DNA from: Xylographa opegraphella
Taxonomy: Eukaryota
Direction of reading: 5' to 3'
NCBI GenBank assembly: GCA_022813865.1
Contig: JALDZX010000102.1
Location: 1 to 40,069 of the forward strand
DNA: 40,069 nucleotides
Shown: piece by piece, positions 39,027 to 40,069 of the stretch
How positions within the stretch are numbered: position 1 is the stretch's first letter
Layout: each line of letters starts with the position of its first letter
The notes under the pieces: model-generated
What the model was told of the DNA's origin: nothing
What the model saw: the letters and a program-made list of their open reading frames with translations, nothing else
Database searches by the model: none
Position numbers and translations under genes: made by a program

Positions 39027-40004
39027 AGTGGTAACATTAATTTTATTTAACTATTCAAAACATCAAAGACAGCTCGTTCATTTCATCAGTTAAAAAATTA
39101 GCCCTTCAGCGAATTACTCTTTTTATAAAATAAAATAAATTTAATACTATTTCACAAAACCTTCAATTGCTTTTCTTTTTTTTCTCTTTTTTTTTCTTTT
39201 TTGCCTTATAAACATAAAAATACCCTTTAAATTAATAGATTATTATTTTTAAATTGTATATTCAAAAGATTTCACCGCTATAAATAACGCGGTTTTTCAT
39301 TTTATTTTTTTTAAAAATACCCCCAGTTTGTACTATTAAAAACGTTTTTAGTAAAGTTTTTAACATTTATCGTGGCTTTTTCAATCGAGAACGCTGCAAT
39401 AATTCAAGTCTACTTTCGTTTTAAGATCTTTATCGAAATTAATTATTAATTCGTTCGATACGTTCTTTTATTCTTTAAAAATTTATTAAGCAGATTATAA
39501 TGAGCAACGTTAAATTTATTCATTTTTAAATTAATTGATTTAAATTAATTAATTCTATTGATTTACCTTAAGCAACACGGGCAAGATTTTTAAAACTTTC
39601 AACATAAAATCAAAATTAAACAATTAATAAAATAACTTTTAAATTTAACGTAAAAGATTTATCGAGATTGTTTAATAATTATTATTAACATTTTTATAAA
39701 AAAAATTGATATTAAAAGAGTTTTTATTATAAACTTTTATCACTTTACGAATTTTACTGTTTTTATTAATAATGGATTAAGTATTTATAACGAAAATTAA
39801 TTCAAAAAATTAAACGTATTCGAATTTTTTAGTACCTTGAAAGGTTTAAAAACTAAAAACATAAACGATAATAATTATTAAAGCACTAGATTTAATAGAG
39901 TTTAATAAGAAAATTCTTTAAAAATTAATAATTTAATATATATAAACTTTCGCCTTATTAAAACAATTTAATTCCCTCAATTCGTTTAGCTTAGCTAATT
40001 GAAA
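39027..40004 (+). mobile_element. Probable gypsy internal region / gag relic
   Basis: Position after 5' LTR and PBS-like site; weak gag-like DVFEF segment at ~39813-39830. Confidence 0.5.
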
Positions 40005-40014
40005 TAATTGAAAT

Positions 40015-40045
<31 letters not shown>

Positions 40046-40069
40046 TAAAAATAAAAATAAAAATAAAAA
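40005..40069. repeat. (AATAAA)n hexamer array, runs off the window edge
   Basis: Read directly. Confidence 0.95.

Noticed and set aside
1..40069. Organellar or AT-rich bacterial/protist genome read with an alternative genetic code
   Set aside because: Recognisable fungal retrotransposon domains riddled with transition-derived stops explain the composition; no long ORFs or rRNA/tRNA seen.

Overview
Extremely AT-rich eukaryotic, almost certainly filamentous-ascomycete, heterochromatin-type DNA. It is made of nested transposon relics destroyed by repeat-induced point mutation (RIP; C>T/G>A), with CpG conspicuously spared. I see no intact protein-coding gene, rRNA, tRNA or CRISPR array; the listed ORFs are low-complexity artefacts or short open patches of dead transposon frames. 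Mentally reversing RIP reveals two inverted copies of one Ty1/copia family at the window ends, up to four Ty3/gypsy relics (two with chromodomains), several LTRs, a probable hAT relic, and three distinct CACTA/EnSpm/Plavaka-type transposase relics clustered at about 13-28 kb. The most unusual items are that transposase cluster, a ~160-bp GC-rich RIP-free island at 19.2-19.4 kb folding into three consecutive hairpins, and a nearly un-RIPped solo LTR with a 5-bp target-site duplication. Protein motifs were reconstructed by eye and element boundaries are approximate unless stated.
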